A DNA stretch of 64,000 nucleotides, taken from NCBI RefSeq assembly GCF_001447785.1, contig NW_015176456.1, forward strand, positions 1,819,763-1,883,762. The letters run 5' to 3'. Shown piece after piece: positions 49,901 through 63,188 of this stretch. The notes under the pieces were generated by a model. The model saw only the letters and a list, made by a program, of their open reading frames with translations. It searched no databases and had not been told where the DNA came from. Position 1 is the first letter of the stretch, and every line of letters starts with the position of its first letter. The position numbers were made by a program, and so were the translations under genes. This DNA comes from Gekko japonicus (taxonomy: Eukaryota).

Positions 49901-51278
49901 NNNNNNNNNNNNNNNNNNNNNNNNNNNNNNNNNNNNNNNNNNNNNNNNNNNNNNNNNNNNNNNNNNNNNNNNNNNNNNNNNNNNNNNNNNNNNNNNNNNN
50001 NNNNNNNNNNNNNNNNNNNNNNNNNNNNNNNNNNNNNNNNNNNNNNNNNNNNNNNNNNNNNNNNNNNNNNNNNNNNNNNNNNNNNNNNNATACNNNNNNN
50101 NNNNNNNNNNNNNNNNNNNNNNNNNNNNNNNNNNNNNNNNNNNNNNNNNNNNNNNNNNNNNNNNNNNNNNNNNNNNNNNNNNNNNNNNNNNNNNNNNNNN
50201 NNNNNNNNNNNNNNNNNNNNNNNNNNNNNNNNNNNNNNNNNNNNNNNNNNNNNNNNNNNNNNNNNNNNNNNNNNNNNNNNNNNNNNNNNNNNNNNNNNNN
50301 NNNNNNNNNNNNNNNNNNNNNNNNNNNNNNNNNNNNNNNNNNNNNNNNNNNNNNNNNNNNNNNNNNNNNNNNNNNNNNNNNNNNNNNNNNNNNNNNNNNN
50401 NNNNNNNNNNNNNNNNNNNNNNNNNNGACTTGGCTGTTATAGTATTTATGTGGCATTATATTCTGTATTTAGAATTTCATATTAATTGCAATGGTTTGAT
50501 TGAAGGCATGGAACAGCCCCAGGTTTCTGGTCAAAATGTTACTTTTACACATGTACATGGAATGCTAGATATTTAATGTTTTATGCTAGCATTGTTATGA
50601 TGAGAGGAATTCCTTTTTCCAAAAATTCACTTTTTAAGATATAGCCAGTGATTTCTTACATTGTTTTTTTTTTTAAAAAAAATAGGGGTTTCTCTTTGAA
50701 GAAAAATCAACGCACTCTTTTGTGATGTCAGTTCTTGCAGTTGTTTTATGTTACCACAGGGGGTGCTCTAACAGGAGGAGGAGGTTGGGAAATCATTGCC
50801 TGCCCCCTGTGCATCTACAGAGTGAAATTCTTCAGAACCTCTGTTCCTACCCCTCCTCTCCTTGAATTTCTTTTTGATCAAAATGCAATTGATTAGAAAT
50901 AGACTGCACTTTTCTAAAAACAGGAAAAGAGAATGCTGGATTTCAAGGAGAAATTGACTAAAGAGGATTTAATAGAATTTCTCTTAGCAGTGCTAATCCT
51001 CAGATGCCAAAACACATTGAGCAATGTGCCATATATTTTTAATTTTGTTAGGAAGCTATCAGGTACCTTTTAATGGGTGTTTGCTGCAAATGAGAAACTA
51101 CACATTGGAAAGCAGTCACAGGTCAGGTTAGATTGTATGTGGTTTGAAGAATTTGTTCATAGTTTTTTCTCTCCAAATTTAGTTAAAAAATAAAAAGGGA
51201 AAACTTTGGCCTCACAAGGTTTAACACAGAGTTTCGAAACATGTCTGCAGAATTTTATCCAAACTTTCTGTTTTGCAG

Positions 51279-51568
51279 CATAAGAACATAAGAAGAGCCC
51301 TGCTGGATCAGACGAATTGTCCATCTAGTCCAGCATCCTAACTCACACAGTAGCTAACCAGTTCCTCTGGAGGGCCAACAATAGGGCATAGAGGAAGAGG
51401 CCTTACCTTGCTGTTGCCTTCTTGCTCTGGGATTCAGAGGATTAGTTCCTCTGAATGTGGAGGTTTTCCCTCAGTCACCATGGCTAGTAGCCATTGGTAG
51501 ACTTACCCTCCATTAATCTATATAATCTCCTTTTAAAGCTGTTTATTCTTGTCTCCATCACTGCATCC
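51279..51568 (-). mobile_element. CR1 LINE 3' end
   Basis: (CATAAGAA)2 tail followed by gagccctgctggatcagac...ccatctagtccagcatcc. Confidence 0.8.
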
Positions 51569-51909
51569 TGAAGAAGTCTGGCGTTTCATGAACTTCAGTT
51601 TTCACTATGGAGAACTTCTAAGGACACTTTGTTATATTACTTCGAGATGGACTCAGTGCAATTTTGAATTGTCAAGCATCTTTGATATATATTTGATATA
51701 TATTAATTCACTTTGATATGAGTTTGAGATGGATTATATAGATAGTTTAGGACAGCAAATTAGACACTTTGATGCATTTTTTGTACTTTATTTATTGTTA
51801 AATGTATTAAATTCATGGCTTATAACATAGATATTTTCTGAGAATTTTCTCACGATATTTTGGTTAACTCTGTACATACTGTTAATTACCACGAGCCCTT
51901 TATAGTGCT

Positions 51910-52780
51910 TCAAAACCATGCCTGAGCCAGAATGAAAAGGGTCAAGGATGGATAAGTCGCCCAGAACAACCTGTAGGTGTTCTATTACTGCCTCCTCAGT
52001 CACTTTTCTTTAAAAAAAGCAAGTTGACATATAATTGACTCAAATTGACTCTTTATGAAGAGTTTTTTAAAAACAGAGTTCAAACCACTGCCACTTTCAG
52101 AGATTTTGGGAAGATCCCATTGGAAAAGGAAGTATTGCTGATTTTCACAAATAGAGCTCTCAACTTCTCAACAGCCAAGAGGGCATGTTTCCAAACTGCA
52201 GGTAGTGGCTTTCACTAACTCAGGATCCTGTCAACATTGTTCAAGGACACCTGGTTGAAACTCCCATTTATTTTTTAAAAAAAGATTACACAAATGCTAT
52301 CGAACTGAATTCTGTCAACAAAGAAACCTTCAAAAATATCAAGCCTTAATAGGCATTGATTTTTGGGATTGAACCCCAGTGAAGACGAGGTACTGTAATC
52401 TCCAGCAGAAATGATCCAATAATTGCATGGGTCTTATAGCTACCCTTACGAAATAATCACATACCTGCTTGGTACAAAAAATTAATTCCAGTGTGTGGCC
52501 CTTCTCAGATGTGAAATTCAAAGCAATGCATGACAGACCCTTCGCAACCAAAAAGACTTAAGTATATCTTGTCAAGATGAGTTGTGGGTATTTTAGTACT
52601 GCCATTTTGAGAGCTCCAGTACAAAGCTAAAGACAAGCTTAGTAGTTTGCATTGGAAGTCTTGAAACAGAAAAGGGAATTGTGGCACAGTCACCCAGGAA
52701 AGGATCAATGAAAGCATATCCAGCTGGAAGTACTTGAGACAGAGTGACATTGTCAGAATCAATCAGCCATGTTTCTGCCA
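51910..52780 (-). mobile_element. Highly decayed L2 LINE ORF2 fragments
   Basis: ILDPFHSG (RT LDPxQSG-like) and GHTLELIF (endonuclease HTLDL-like). Confidence 0.6.
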
Positions 52781-52934
52781 ATCATATTCTGGCCCTAAAC
52801 CCCAAAGTCCAGCAAGGGCAAGACAAACAGGTCACACAGAGGATAAAGTACATGATGGCAAACCTCCCTTTCAGCTGATGGGATGGGCAGGTCTAATTCT
52901 GGCCTCGGTGGTAACACAATGCAACTGAAAGGCA

Positions 52935-53540
52935 GTTGCTGTTCAGTCGCACAGTCGAGTCTGACTCTTCGCGACCCCATGGACCAGATCACGCCAGGCC
53001 TTCCGGTCTTCCGCCATCCTCTGAAGATTGCTCAACTTCATGTTCGTTGCATCTATGGCACTGTCTAACCATCTCATACTTTGCCGTCCTCATCTTCTTT
53101 GACCTTCAATCTTTCCCAGCATCAGGGTCTTCTCCAGGAAGTGCTCCCTTCTCATTTGGTGGCCAAAGTATTTGAGCTTCAGTTTCATTATCTGGCCTTC
53201 CAGGGAACAGTCAGGGTTGATTTCTTTTAGGATTGACTGATTTGATCTTCTTGCAATCCAAGGGACTCTCAAGAGTCTTCTCCAGCACCATAGTTCAAAA
53301 GAATCTATTCTTCGGTGCTCGGCCTTCCTTATAGTCCAACTCTCGCAGCCATACATGACTACTGGGAATATCATTGCTTTGACCATGTGGACTTTTGTTG
53401 GCAGGGTGATATCTCTACTTTTTATCATGCTGTTTAGGTTCGCCATCGCTTTCCTCCCCAGGAGAAGGCGTCTTTTAATTTCATGGCTGCTGTCACAGTC
53501 TGCGGTGATCTGGGATCCCAGGAACGTGAAGTCTGTCACG
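52935..53540 (-). mobile_element. BovB 3' portion with TSD
   Basis: FTFLGSQITADCDSSHEIKRRLLLGRKAM; AAGGCAGT at 52929-52936 and 53547-53554. Confidence 0.95.
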
Positions 53541-54044
53541 TACCAGAAGGCAGTACCAGAGCACAATTAGTTTTATATGCCTCTTATGTCAAATGGTTTG
53601 TGTTTAATGGCTTCTTGTTTTATACTGCTGTGTTATTTTAATTCTAAGCCACCTTGAGCAGGACTCTGAAGAGGCAGCACAGAAAAATTTTAAATAAATA
53701 ATAAATTTATCAGTCTTTGACAGGAAAGCAATTCACTATGGCTGCTTTTTGTAGTCACGTCCAGATCCTAGAGGATTATTTTTCTGTAAATAGATAATGG
53801 CTTAGCCTGAAAACCTGCTTTGAAAAGGTAGGAAGAGGGGCACAAAGACAGATGGGAGACAAACCAGAGCATGGATTGAGAAGAGACAGAAAGATGTTGA
53901 GCAGAGGCCAGTTGTGTAAGAGGGATGGTAGAGTTATTTCAAAGAAAGCGGGAAAGAGAAGAAATGGAAGCTGCTGCATTGGGTTGGTGGTCTTCCCTAG
54001 TTTCCCTTCCACCAAGGGATAGACTTTAAGGGTAGGAACATGCT

Positions 54045-54321
54045 AGAAGAAGAAGAGAAGAAGAGATTGGATTTATACCCCGCCCTTCACTTGGATTCTC
54101 AGAGCGGCTTACAAACTCCTTTCCCTTCCCCTCCCCACAACAGGCACCCTGTGAGGTGGGTGGGGCTGAGAGAACTCTGACACAAACGGCTCTTTTTCAA
54201 GGACAGCTGTGCCAGAGCTTGTGACTGACCCAAGGTCACATCAGCAGGTGCAAATGGAGGAGTGGGGAATCAAACCCGGTTCTCCCAGATTAGAGTCTGC
54301 ACACTTAACCACTACACCAAA
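54045..54321 (-). mobile_element. Squam3-type SINE
   Basis: Same consensus as the 23653 copy, reverse orientation; (GAA)n on the + strand. Confidence 0.85.
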
Positions 54322-55574
54322 CGAGCTAGGAGATGCAGCTGTAAGTAAAGTTTACTTCTCTTAATTCAGCACACACACAGTGGACATCTAATGTTGGCTG
54401 GTTTGTATGGGAACTGCTCATCCATAAGCATGGCCTATAGACAGCTGTACATTGATTTCTACATTTGTCATGCTTCCCTAGCTGTTGGCCCTGATTTTCA
54501 CTTTAGTGTCTAATGTACAGCTAGATGGATACCTGTGTACTTTGGGAACATTAAACTCAGCCAGGATTCTGTAGTATGCTTTAATGTTTGAAATTGGGCT
54601 GCGTAAAAGGAAGACCATGACACACCAGTCATTTTGACCCCACACTCTTTGCAATTTTCCACCTGTTCAGAAAACAATTCTTAGGCCCAGTTATGACTCT
54701 TCTGTGTGTGCATTTTCATCAGCATTGTATTAATAACTCTGAGATTAATTTTAAAGGTATTTCTAATCTAAAGGAAATTTAGTACAAACACCACATGCTG
54801 TTTGTATGCTGATTTCTTTAGGGTTTTTTACCACTTCATTGTTGAAAGAGCAGAACGCCTTTGGAGTAATCAACAAGAAAGACAGTGCAAATCTTCGTTG
54901 TGTCTTCTTCATTGCTCAGTTCATGCAACAGAGGGAAATATGCAACGAGGAGTCTCTGCTTTCCTTAAATCATCACACATGTCTGCCTGTTGGCTGGAAC
55001 TAGGAGGAGGGATTAATGTATTTAAAAGATTTATATGCTCTTTCCAGAGAAGCTGCTCAAAGTGGCTTAAAACAAGCAAACTATTCAGATAAAATAAATC
55101 CAGACATCATTCAAAACCAGCAGCCATAAAACTATCAATATTCCAGCAATGAGAAGAATATTAGTTCTGTTAGTTATTTCCTAAATTGTTGGGCAAAACT
55201 GACTGCTTGTATAAGTATTAGAGTCTTATGGCAAGCAAGGATTCCTGGCTATCTCATTCCCGAAATGGGCATTGGATGGCATGCTTAAAATCCAGCCTAA
55301 AGCTGACTACCTAGGCTTTGGCTATTTTAGTCCATGTAGATCCAGATAAGACCCAACTTTAATTGGTTGCTTGGTTCGTAACTAAGATAGCCGTTCTGGT
55401 TCTCATGTTTTATGTGGATCTTGAGCTGTGAGGGAATGATGATGGTGGCAGATATTAAGATGATGGATGAGAACCTTTGATGGTATCAGTTGTGGGCCTA
55501 AAATATCTGGATTTCATTGTAATGTTGTAATTATCTGTCTACAGTGTGCTACATTTCTTGGCCAATATCTGTTG

Positions 55575-55652
55575 GTCTGTCGGTCTGTCTGTCTTTCTGT
55601 CTATCTATCTGTCTGACTATCATCTATCTATCATCTATCTATCCATCCTATC
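55575..55652. repeat. (TCTG)n/(TCTA)n compound microsatellite
   Basis: gtctgtcggtctgtctgtctttctgtctatctatctgtc...ctatctatc. Confidence 0.8.
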
Positions 55653-57105
55653 TTAAAAGGGCAGCAAGGAGGTAATTTTAGTACTAATATTCCTTGAGTT
55701 TTTTCAGTTCTCTTAGAGATGTTGCTTTGAATACCTTGCTCATTCATACTGTTAGAGAAAAAAGCATCCTTCCTTGTGTCCCATTCATTTTACTGTGGCT
55801 TTCCTGCAAAAACTGTCCAATAAATAGTGTCCTTGGTGTATAAAGTAATGGGAGTCACTCAGTTAGCAATGCCCCTCTCCTTTGTTTATAAGGTGTGGAA
55901 AATGTGCTTCGTATAAGAGAACATTTGCTAGTATGGATTAACTGCCACAGACATTGAGAAAGGTTAGGAAGACTCAAACATCTATATTTATATATAGACT
56001 CACTTTTCTCATACTTTCTGCACTTCATTATTCATCTCTAGTGGCTGATACCATTTTCCTACTAATTTAAAGGTGCCTTATCAATAGGAAAAGTATCTCA
56101 TAGCTAGTAATATTTAATAAAAATGGATTTGGAGTCATTAGCTTGAAAAACCTGCCTCAAGTGCCTGGGTTTCATATGGATAGTTGTTTCAGTGTTAAAC
56201 TATATTTCAGTTAGCCCTGTAATAATCTGAGATTTAATGTTTTCATGTATACAAACTTTCTCTATATTGTCTGACCACTACTGGTTTAATTGAAAAAGGT
56301 ATGCTGGTTTCTCTGGATCTGTTTGCGCATATGAATACCAAGGAGCATAGAACTCTGAGGTTTTCATGTAATTTATTTTCAGTGTGTAATGTAAACTGCT
56401 GTGCTGTATATACATTTTGTATTTATGTCAGAAAAGGGCTGCAGAGGGGTNNNNNNNNNNNNNNNNNNNNNNNNNNNNNNNNNNNNNNNNNNNNNNNNNN
56501 NNNNNNNNNNNNNNNNNNNNNNNNNNNNNNNNNNNNNNNNNNNNNNNNNNNNNNNNNNNNNNNNNNNNNNNNNNNNNNNNNNNNNNNNNNNNNNNNNNNN
56601 NNNNNNNNNNNNNNNNNNNNNNNNNNNNNNNNNNNNNNNNNNNNNNNNNNNNNNNNNNNNNNNNNNNNNNNNNNNNNNNNNNNNNNNNNNNNNNNNNNNN
56701 NNNNNNNNNNNNNNNNNNNNNNNNNNNNNNNNNNNNNNNNNNNNNNNNNNNNNNNNNNNNNNNNNNNNNNNNNNNNNNNNNNNNNNNNNNNNNNNNNNNN
56801 NNNNNNNNNNNNNNNNNNNNNNNNNNNNNNNNNNNNNNNNNNNNNNNNNNNNNNNNNNNNNNNNNNNNNNNNNNNNNNNNNNNNNNNNNNNNNNTGAAAT
56901 ATTGCACACGTATTGATAATTCTTTTATGGGGTCCAGGGAAAACTGCCACTTAGGCTCTGATCCCTACATACATGCTTCTAAATAGGTTTCATTAAAACT
57001 GATGGAATTTGCATCGAAGTAAATGTGTCCCTAGCGGAGATCAAAGTGGGGTATTTTTCTTTTTGCTGAACTTGTACCTTTCTCATATAATAAACCAGTT
57101 TGGTG

Positions 57106-57383
57106 CCAGTTTGGTGTATTGGTTAGGAGCACAGACTCTAATCTGGGAGAACCAGGTTTGATTCCCCACTCCTTCACATGCAGCTGCTGGTGTGACCTTG
57201 GGTCAGTCACAAGCTCTCTTAGAGCTGTTCTCTCAAGAGCAGTCGTTGAAAGAGCTCTCTCAGCCCCACCTACCTCACAGGATGTCTGTTGTGGGAAGGG
57301 GAAGGGAAAGGAAATTGTAAGACACTGAGACTCCGAATGAAGGGTGGGGTATGAATCCAATCTCCTCCTCCTTCCTCCTCCTC
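57106..57383 (+). mobile_element. Squam3-type SINE
   Basis: Consensus head and (CTC)n tail; the 5' 11-mer CCAGTTTGGTG is tandemly duplicated. Confidence 0.85.
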
Positions 57384-57730
57384 ACACTAATATGACCAGA
57401 TATGAGATTATTTTGTTCCCTTGATTTTTGAACTAGTATGGTGGAAGACTGGGTTTACTTTGAATTATTAAGACAGGTTCAGATAAATATTCATTTTCAA
57501 AACTCAGGTTTGCGTGCTTTCTTTAGCCTTGGTTGTTTTGGGCTGCTTTCTTCTGTTGTATTTTCATGTGGACAGTGTTGCATGCAAAACTCATGGGTCT
57601 TTTTGTAGCAACAGTGATTTGTTATGAGACATCTTAGATCTTTAGAGATAGTTTGGCATTGCATGTGGGCTACATACTGGTGGTCAGCTCTGGTGAGTGA
57701 AGAAAGTGGCAGAAAGTTTGATACAATCCT

Positions 57731-58005
57731 GAGAGCCAGTTTGATGTAGTGGTTAGGAGTGCAGACTCTAATCTGGGAGAACCAGGTTTGATTCCCCACT
57801 CCTCCACATGCAACTGCTGGGTGACCTTGGGCAAGCTACAGTTCCATCAGAGCTGTTCTCTCCAGAGCAGTTCTCAAAGAGCTCTCTCAGCCACACCTAC
57901 CTCACAGGGTGTCTGTTGTGGGGGAAGGAAAGGAAGGAGATTATAAGCCTCTCTGAGGCTCCGAGTGAAGGGCGGGGTATAAATCCAATCTCCTCCTCCT
58001 CCTTC
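57731..58005 (+). mobile_element. Squam3-type SINE
   Basis: GAGAGCCAGTTTGATGTAGTGGTTAGGAG...; (CTC)n tail. Confidence 0.85.
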
Positions 58006-58599
58006 TGGTAACAAATGGAAGATGAAAAATGTGAGATCTTCCTTATATAAGCTGTGAATTACTATGTTGAAGAAGAATCTTTACACCATTGAGCAACTCC
58101 ATATTACAAGTGCCTGCAGCTAATATATTCTCCTTCTTTTCTCATATTTATTTTTAAGGTTGTTCAGGTTCATTCTATGTAGATCTTCCCCCTAAATTAG
58201 AAAAGCAGCATGCAGGCGGGATCCGTACCAATCTTGGTGTTTAAAAATATTGACGCAGTATTTCTCTTGAAGATATGGTCAGAATTTTGTTATTGAAAAT
58301 AAACAGATGGCCACACTGAATGCTGTAATTCCGACTTGCTTTAGTGGGCGACTTGACAAACAGTTGATCTATGAAATTCCTCCTTGTTCTGGCACTCATT
58401 TTATATATTTTATATGCTAACAGCAACAGATGTTCAATACTGATACTAGTTAAATTTCCCCTTTCCTTTTCCAAAACTTGTATCTTTTGTTGCATCACTG
58501 TAATGCTACTGTAATGCTTGCTGAGAATACCTGTTTGCAAGACAAGGGAGGATGTGTGTGTGTCTTGGATAGGTTTCCAAGTGAAAGATCATTCTGTTC

Positions 58600-59460
58600 A
58601 ATCTATATGCCGAACATATCATAAGAAAAGGTAGGTTAGATTTAGTTGAAGGTGGAGTGAAAAACGGTGGAAGAAACATTACCAATTTGAGATATCCATA
58701 TGACAGCACATTACTGGCAGAAAATAGTGAAATGCTTAAAAGCAGAAAGCACCAAAGCAGGATTGCAGCTGAACATCACGAAGACAAAGACAAAAGTAAT
58801 GACTACTGGGGAATTACGCAAGTTGAAGATTGATAATGAAGAAACTGAAATTGTTAAAGATTTTCTGTTCCTTGGGTCAATCATCAACCAAAAGGGAGAC
58901 TGCAACCAAGAAATCAGCAGGACAGCAGGAAATTGAGACTGGGAAAAGCAGTCAATAAGGAGCTAGAAAAGATCCTTAAGTGTAAGGATGTGTCACTAGT
59001 TACCAAGATCAAGATAATTCAAGCCATAGTATTTCCCATTACTAGGTATGGATGTGAAAGTTGATCAGTGAAGAAAGCTGACAAGAAGAAAGTTGATTCC
59101 TTTCAAAATGTGCTGTTGGAGAAGAGTTTTATGGACACTATGGACCACCAAAAACACAAATAAATGGGTTCTAAATCAAATCAAGCCTGAACTTCTCCTA
59201 GAAGCTAAAATGCCCAAACTGAGGCCATTGTACTTTGGTGACATTATGAGAAGACTCACTTGAAATGACAAAAATTCTAGGAAGGGTTGAAGGCAGCAGG
59301 TGAAGGAAAGACCCAACATGAGATTAATTGACCCAGTCAAGAAAACCACAACCCTTAATTTGCAAGACCCAAACAAGACTGTTAATGATAGGATGTTTTA
59401 GAGGCCATTAATTCATAAGGCTGCCATAAGTTGGAAGCAAACTTGGCAGCACTTAATGCA
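58600..59460 (+). mobile_element. Older RTE/BovB-related LINE, decayed
   Basis: KAESTKAGLQLNITKTK, IVKDFLFLGSIINQKGDCNQEI; frameshifts. Confidence 0.85.
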
Positions 59461-59812
59461 CGCATGACAAAAAAGTTGGCAGCACTAAAATCATGTCGTT
59501 AGACCAACTGTAAAACATTACGTGGCTTGCTTTTACTTCTTGTATAGGTGAAAATATTATATTATATGGCTTTTTAACTTCCTTTTTATATGTGGTATTT
59601 CTCTAAGTAATACTTATATCTGTGTTAATAAAATCGGAAACTATGCTTCATGATAATGTAATTGGAGCGATGACAAAAATAAAACCATAAAGATGATATT
59701 GACTAAATTTTTGCTTGAGGCATAAATATATATTTTCTTTTAAATTATTTTAAAACATTTCAAGTAAAGTAACAAATTAAATCAGGTTTGGCACCTATAA
59801 CTTTATATAAAA

Positions 59813-61410
59813 CTAGGAATAAGGCCCGTTGTGGAAATAAATACAACGGGATCTAGAAAGAGGCTCTGGGGGAGTGCTCTGGCTTTGGGCAAACAGTGTC
59901 AATTTGCTGTGGTGACCTCAGCAGGGTATAATGACAGAGTCCACTGTTTTTTTCAGAGGAACTGATCTCTGCTACCTCTGCTACCTCTGCTAACTAGTCC
60001 CACCCCTCTGCAAACCCCACCCTCTCCAGGCTCCACCCCTCAAATCCCCAGGAATTTGCCAGCCTGGAGGCTCTGGGTGGGTGCCCCATGGTAAATGCAC
60101 CAAACAATTCCTAAAGATTTTCCAAAACACTACTCTGTCGATAAATAGTTTTCTACACTCACAGCATCCCCTGCCAGAATGCAACAAATCCAGTGTTCCC
60201 TCTAAGCTGAGTTAGTGTGAGCTAGCTCATAGTTTTTTAGCCTCCGGCTCACTGATTTTTGTCTTAGCTCAGGAAGGAGGGCTTCAGAGCAAACTAATTC
60301 ATGCAGCAGCCAAATCGCTCGCTCACAACTTTAATGGCAGGAGCTCACCAAGTAGAATTTTTGCTCACAGGACTCCACAGCTTAGGGGGAGCCTGGAACA
60401 CTTCCCCAGCACTTTGAATTAGCACCAGAGCTTTAAGAGCTCTCCAGCTGTCACCTGGAGATTTGCAACAGCTTGTTTGGCGGGTGGGGTCTATGGCCTT
60501 TCTGTCTGAGGTCCCCCTCTTCCTCCTCCTCCTCAGACCCCCCCCTCAGCAGGCTTCATCCCTAAAATATCCTGGAAGTTTCCAACCTGGAGTTGGCAAC
60601 CCTATGTCCTTTCCAGGCAACCATCAGCCTACCGTTATCTGCCTGTCTGTCTTCAGGTTTACATTCCCCCCCCCCAAGACTCTGCCTAGGGAAAGGGCAG
60701 TCTTTCCCTGCAGTGGGAACCAAAGCAGCTGACATCATTCTCCTCTCCCCCATATGATCCACACAACTACCCTATGAGGTATGTTAAGGTTGAAAGTGTG
60801 TGAATGGTCCATAATCCCCCAGGCAGCTTTTAAAATATGAACCTGGGACCTGCACACCATCCTCTGAAGCGCTCTCTGTGGCAGTAATGGGGTGACTGCT
60901 GGCACCTTTTCCTATCATTTTTTGCCTTGTGGTATTCTGCTTGTGGTGTGATCTGTTTTTTTTTGTGGTGTGGCATGATTGTGTTATTGGGTTTGTTTCT
61001 TTTGAAGGGGGAGTGATGTGTTGTGAGTGAGGAAAATTTTTACCTCAGAATACAGTAGGTTCCATATGCAACTGAAAATTCCAACTGTCTTGTGGGGGGG
61101 GGAGTTTGAGGTGTGGAATGGGGTGAAGTCCAATCAGCTTCCATATGCAAATGACCTTGAAATGCTGGCCCAATCAGAAAAGAGTGGGCTGAAGTGGCCC
61201 AGCCGTAGAAGCCCTGTCCCTGCACTCAGTCTGCAGATGGTCCTCACCTGTCAGAGGCCCAGAGCAGACTGAGCCGATGACGTTGGTGGGACTACACAAA
61301 GCAGCCAGTCAACCCAGCCAGCGTCTTCTGACTGACAGTTCAAGCTTCCAAACACTGTTGGTGTGCATTTGGAATGTTGGGCCCCACTATGCCTTTATAT
61401 ATAAGGGAGA
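59813..61410 (-). mobile_element. Non-autonomous Helitron with nested MITEs and a SINE
   Basis: The - strand reads A|TCTCCCTTATATATAA ... perfect hairpin CCCGTTGT/ACAACGGG (59825-59850) ... CTAG|T. Confidence 0.7.
60190..60395. mobile_element. hAT MITE, same family as 33009-33208
   Basis: CAGTGTTCCCTCTAAGCTGAGTTAGTGTGAGCTAGCTCA..., colinear with the 33 kb copy. Confidence 0.85.
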
Positions 61411-63170
61411 TATGTTACAAAAAGAAAATAGTGTTAGAACTGGATTGCTGATATATTCACTCAGCTAACATATATTGATAGTAAAAAGAGAGAATATTTT
61501 TAATTTTGGCTTTGTGACTACTTAGCCTTTGGCAACTCATGTAATCGACAAGTGATTTGAAAATTTAGGGGTTTTTTGTATGTGAGCTTTTAAAGTTTAT
61601 GTTTGATTTAAGTATGACAAGACCTAAAAACACTGACCAGAACATTTATACTTTAAACCTTCTCCAATAGTTCTCTAATCTATTCCAGTGAGCCTAATAG
61701 TGCTTTTTTTAGTAGTGGAAGCTCTTTCATTTTTCAAAAGAATTCACTGTGCACATTTAGTTTGTCACTAAGTGGAAAGTTTAATAATGCAAAATCCCCA
61801 TAAATTGTTTGCCATCATATTTTGCTGAGCGAGGGAATGTAATGCCATGCTTCTGAGTTTTCACATCACAGTTTTGAATACGAGCATCGGTGGCAGCATT
61901 CTGGTATGTGACACCTTTTTATTTATGTACAAGTGAAGATTTGATCTTTCCTCTTTTTAAAGAATTTCCTCTCTCATGTACCAGCGACCCACATCATTTG
62001 CTTGCAGGTGTCTCACAAACCATGCTCATGCGCTGTTCACACATTCAGCCTTACAGTTGATCTCTGCTATGCTTGTACTGTTTCCTCACCTCTCTGTCAT
62101 CCTGTGCTCCTGGATGTGAGTGACTTTCTCAGTACAGTGAGTATGTGGGTGAGGTCTAAGGGACAATGTTGAACCAGACAATGGGGACTGAACAGTTCAG
62201 ACTACAAAATAAACAGCATGCAGAACACTAACTCCAGATGGCTAAAGTAGGCAACCTTGGCTATAGGCTACAAAACTATATGAGGTATATCTACCTTTAC
62301 AAATTAAGCATTTATGCATATGTTTTATGCTGCATTTGCTTCTATACTTTATAAGCATCCTTAGATACTCATTGGGGTAGAAAGGCAGAGAGCACATCAT
62401 TTTATAATAAGTGAATGAACAAACAGGAAACATTGGAACTAAAAAATAAAATATTTTCTTAAGGCTAGTAGAAAATTTTTAAACACTGCCTGCCTGTAGT
62501 TTCATCTGGTGCTCTTCCTTCTGTGGATAAGCAGTCCAGCAAAAGTCACAGCAGCCATTTGTAAGCAAGCTCTGAGTTTCCCATGCAAACCCAGCGCACC
62601 CAGGAACCACACACTGCTGCCATATTCACAGCAGATTCATGCAATCACTGTGACCCACCTTCTTCTGTTTCACCTAGGATGGACTGGAAAGAAGAAGGGA
62701 GCAAGTATCTGAGCCTATTAATAAGCAAAGTCTCCTCTTCTAGCTAACAGCCAACGCTATGCAACTTTTAAAAAATCCTGGATTCTGCCCCTCACCTATA
62801 GCAATATTGGCCACTTACTGCTGAGTAAAAATATTTTTAAAATAAAATGAAGACAATCTAGGACTTTCTCACTATAGTGAGGTTCTTTTAGAGGAACTAA
62901 GAAAAGTGGGACTGTGTTTGGGGTTTAGCATGTGTGCTATTCCATTATCTGTCCCACTTATTCAGTTCTGGGGTCATTTGTGTTGTGTGTACTAATTGTT
63001 AGGATATTTGACTATATTATGACACCACAACACCTGGGGTAATGGATATGCGTGTGCGCGGCATTTTATTAAATTGAATCCAGAAATTTACAACCAATAA
63101 CTAGTGAGGACTCAGCAGTTGGAGCTTTCATTGATGTCAGTTTTTTTTCCTGTTTGTCTTTTTCTTTCAG

Positions 63171-63188
63171 GTTGTGTTCTGGGGTGAG
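63171..63188 (+). other. Strong 3' splice site / possible micro-exon
   Basis: ttttttttcctgtttgtctttttctttcAG|G; possible donors GTGAGG (63184) or GCAAGT (63189). Confidence 0.25.

Noticed and set aside
51568-51600. Second hammerhead (CTGAAGAAG...), and a similar CTGAAGA at about 27838
   Set aside because: No GAAA box or closing stem I in the required positions.
54802-55092. Coding exon (ORFs at 54802 and 54806)
   Set aside because: An acceptor-like AG is present, but there is no convincing donor and no recognisable protein.
49818-56986. Long ORFs around the N runs (also at 2.7, 26.2, 30.6 and 49.0 kb)
   Set aside because: These are artefacts of translating assembly gaps. The gap edges lack consistent splice sites, so the gaps do not look like masked exons.
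58241-58540. 99-aa minus-strand ORF
   Set aside because: Non-ATG start, no motif, no splice support.
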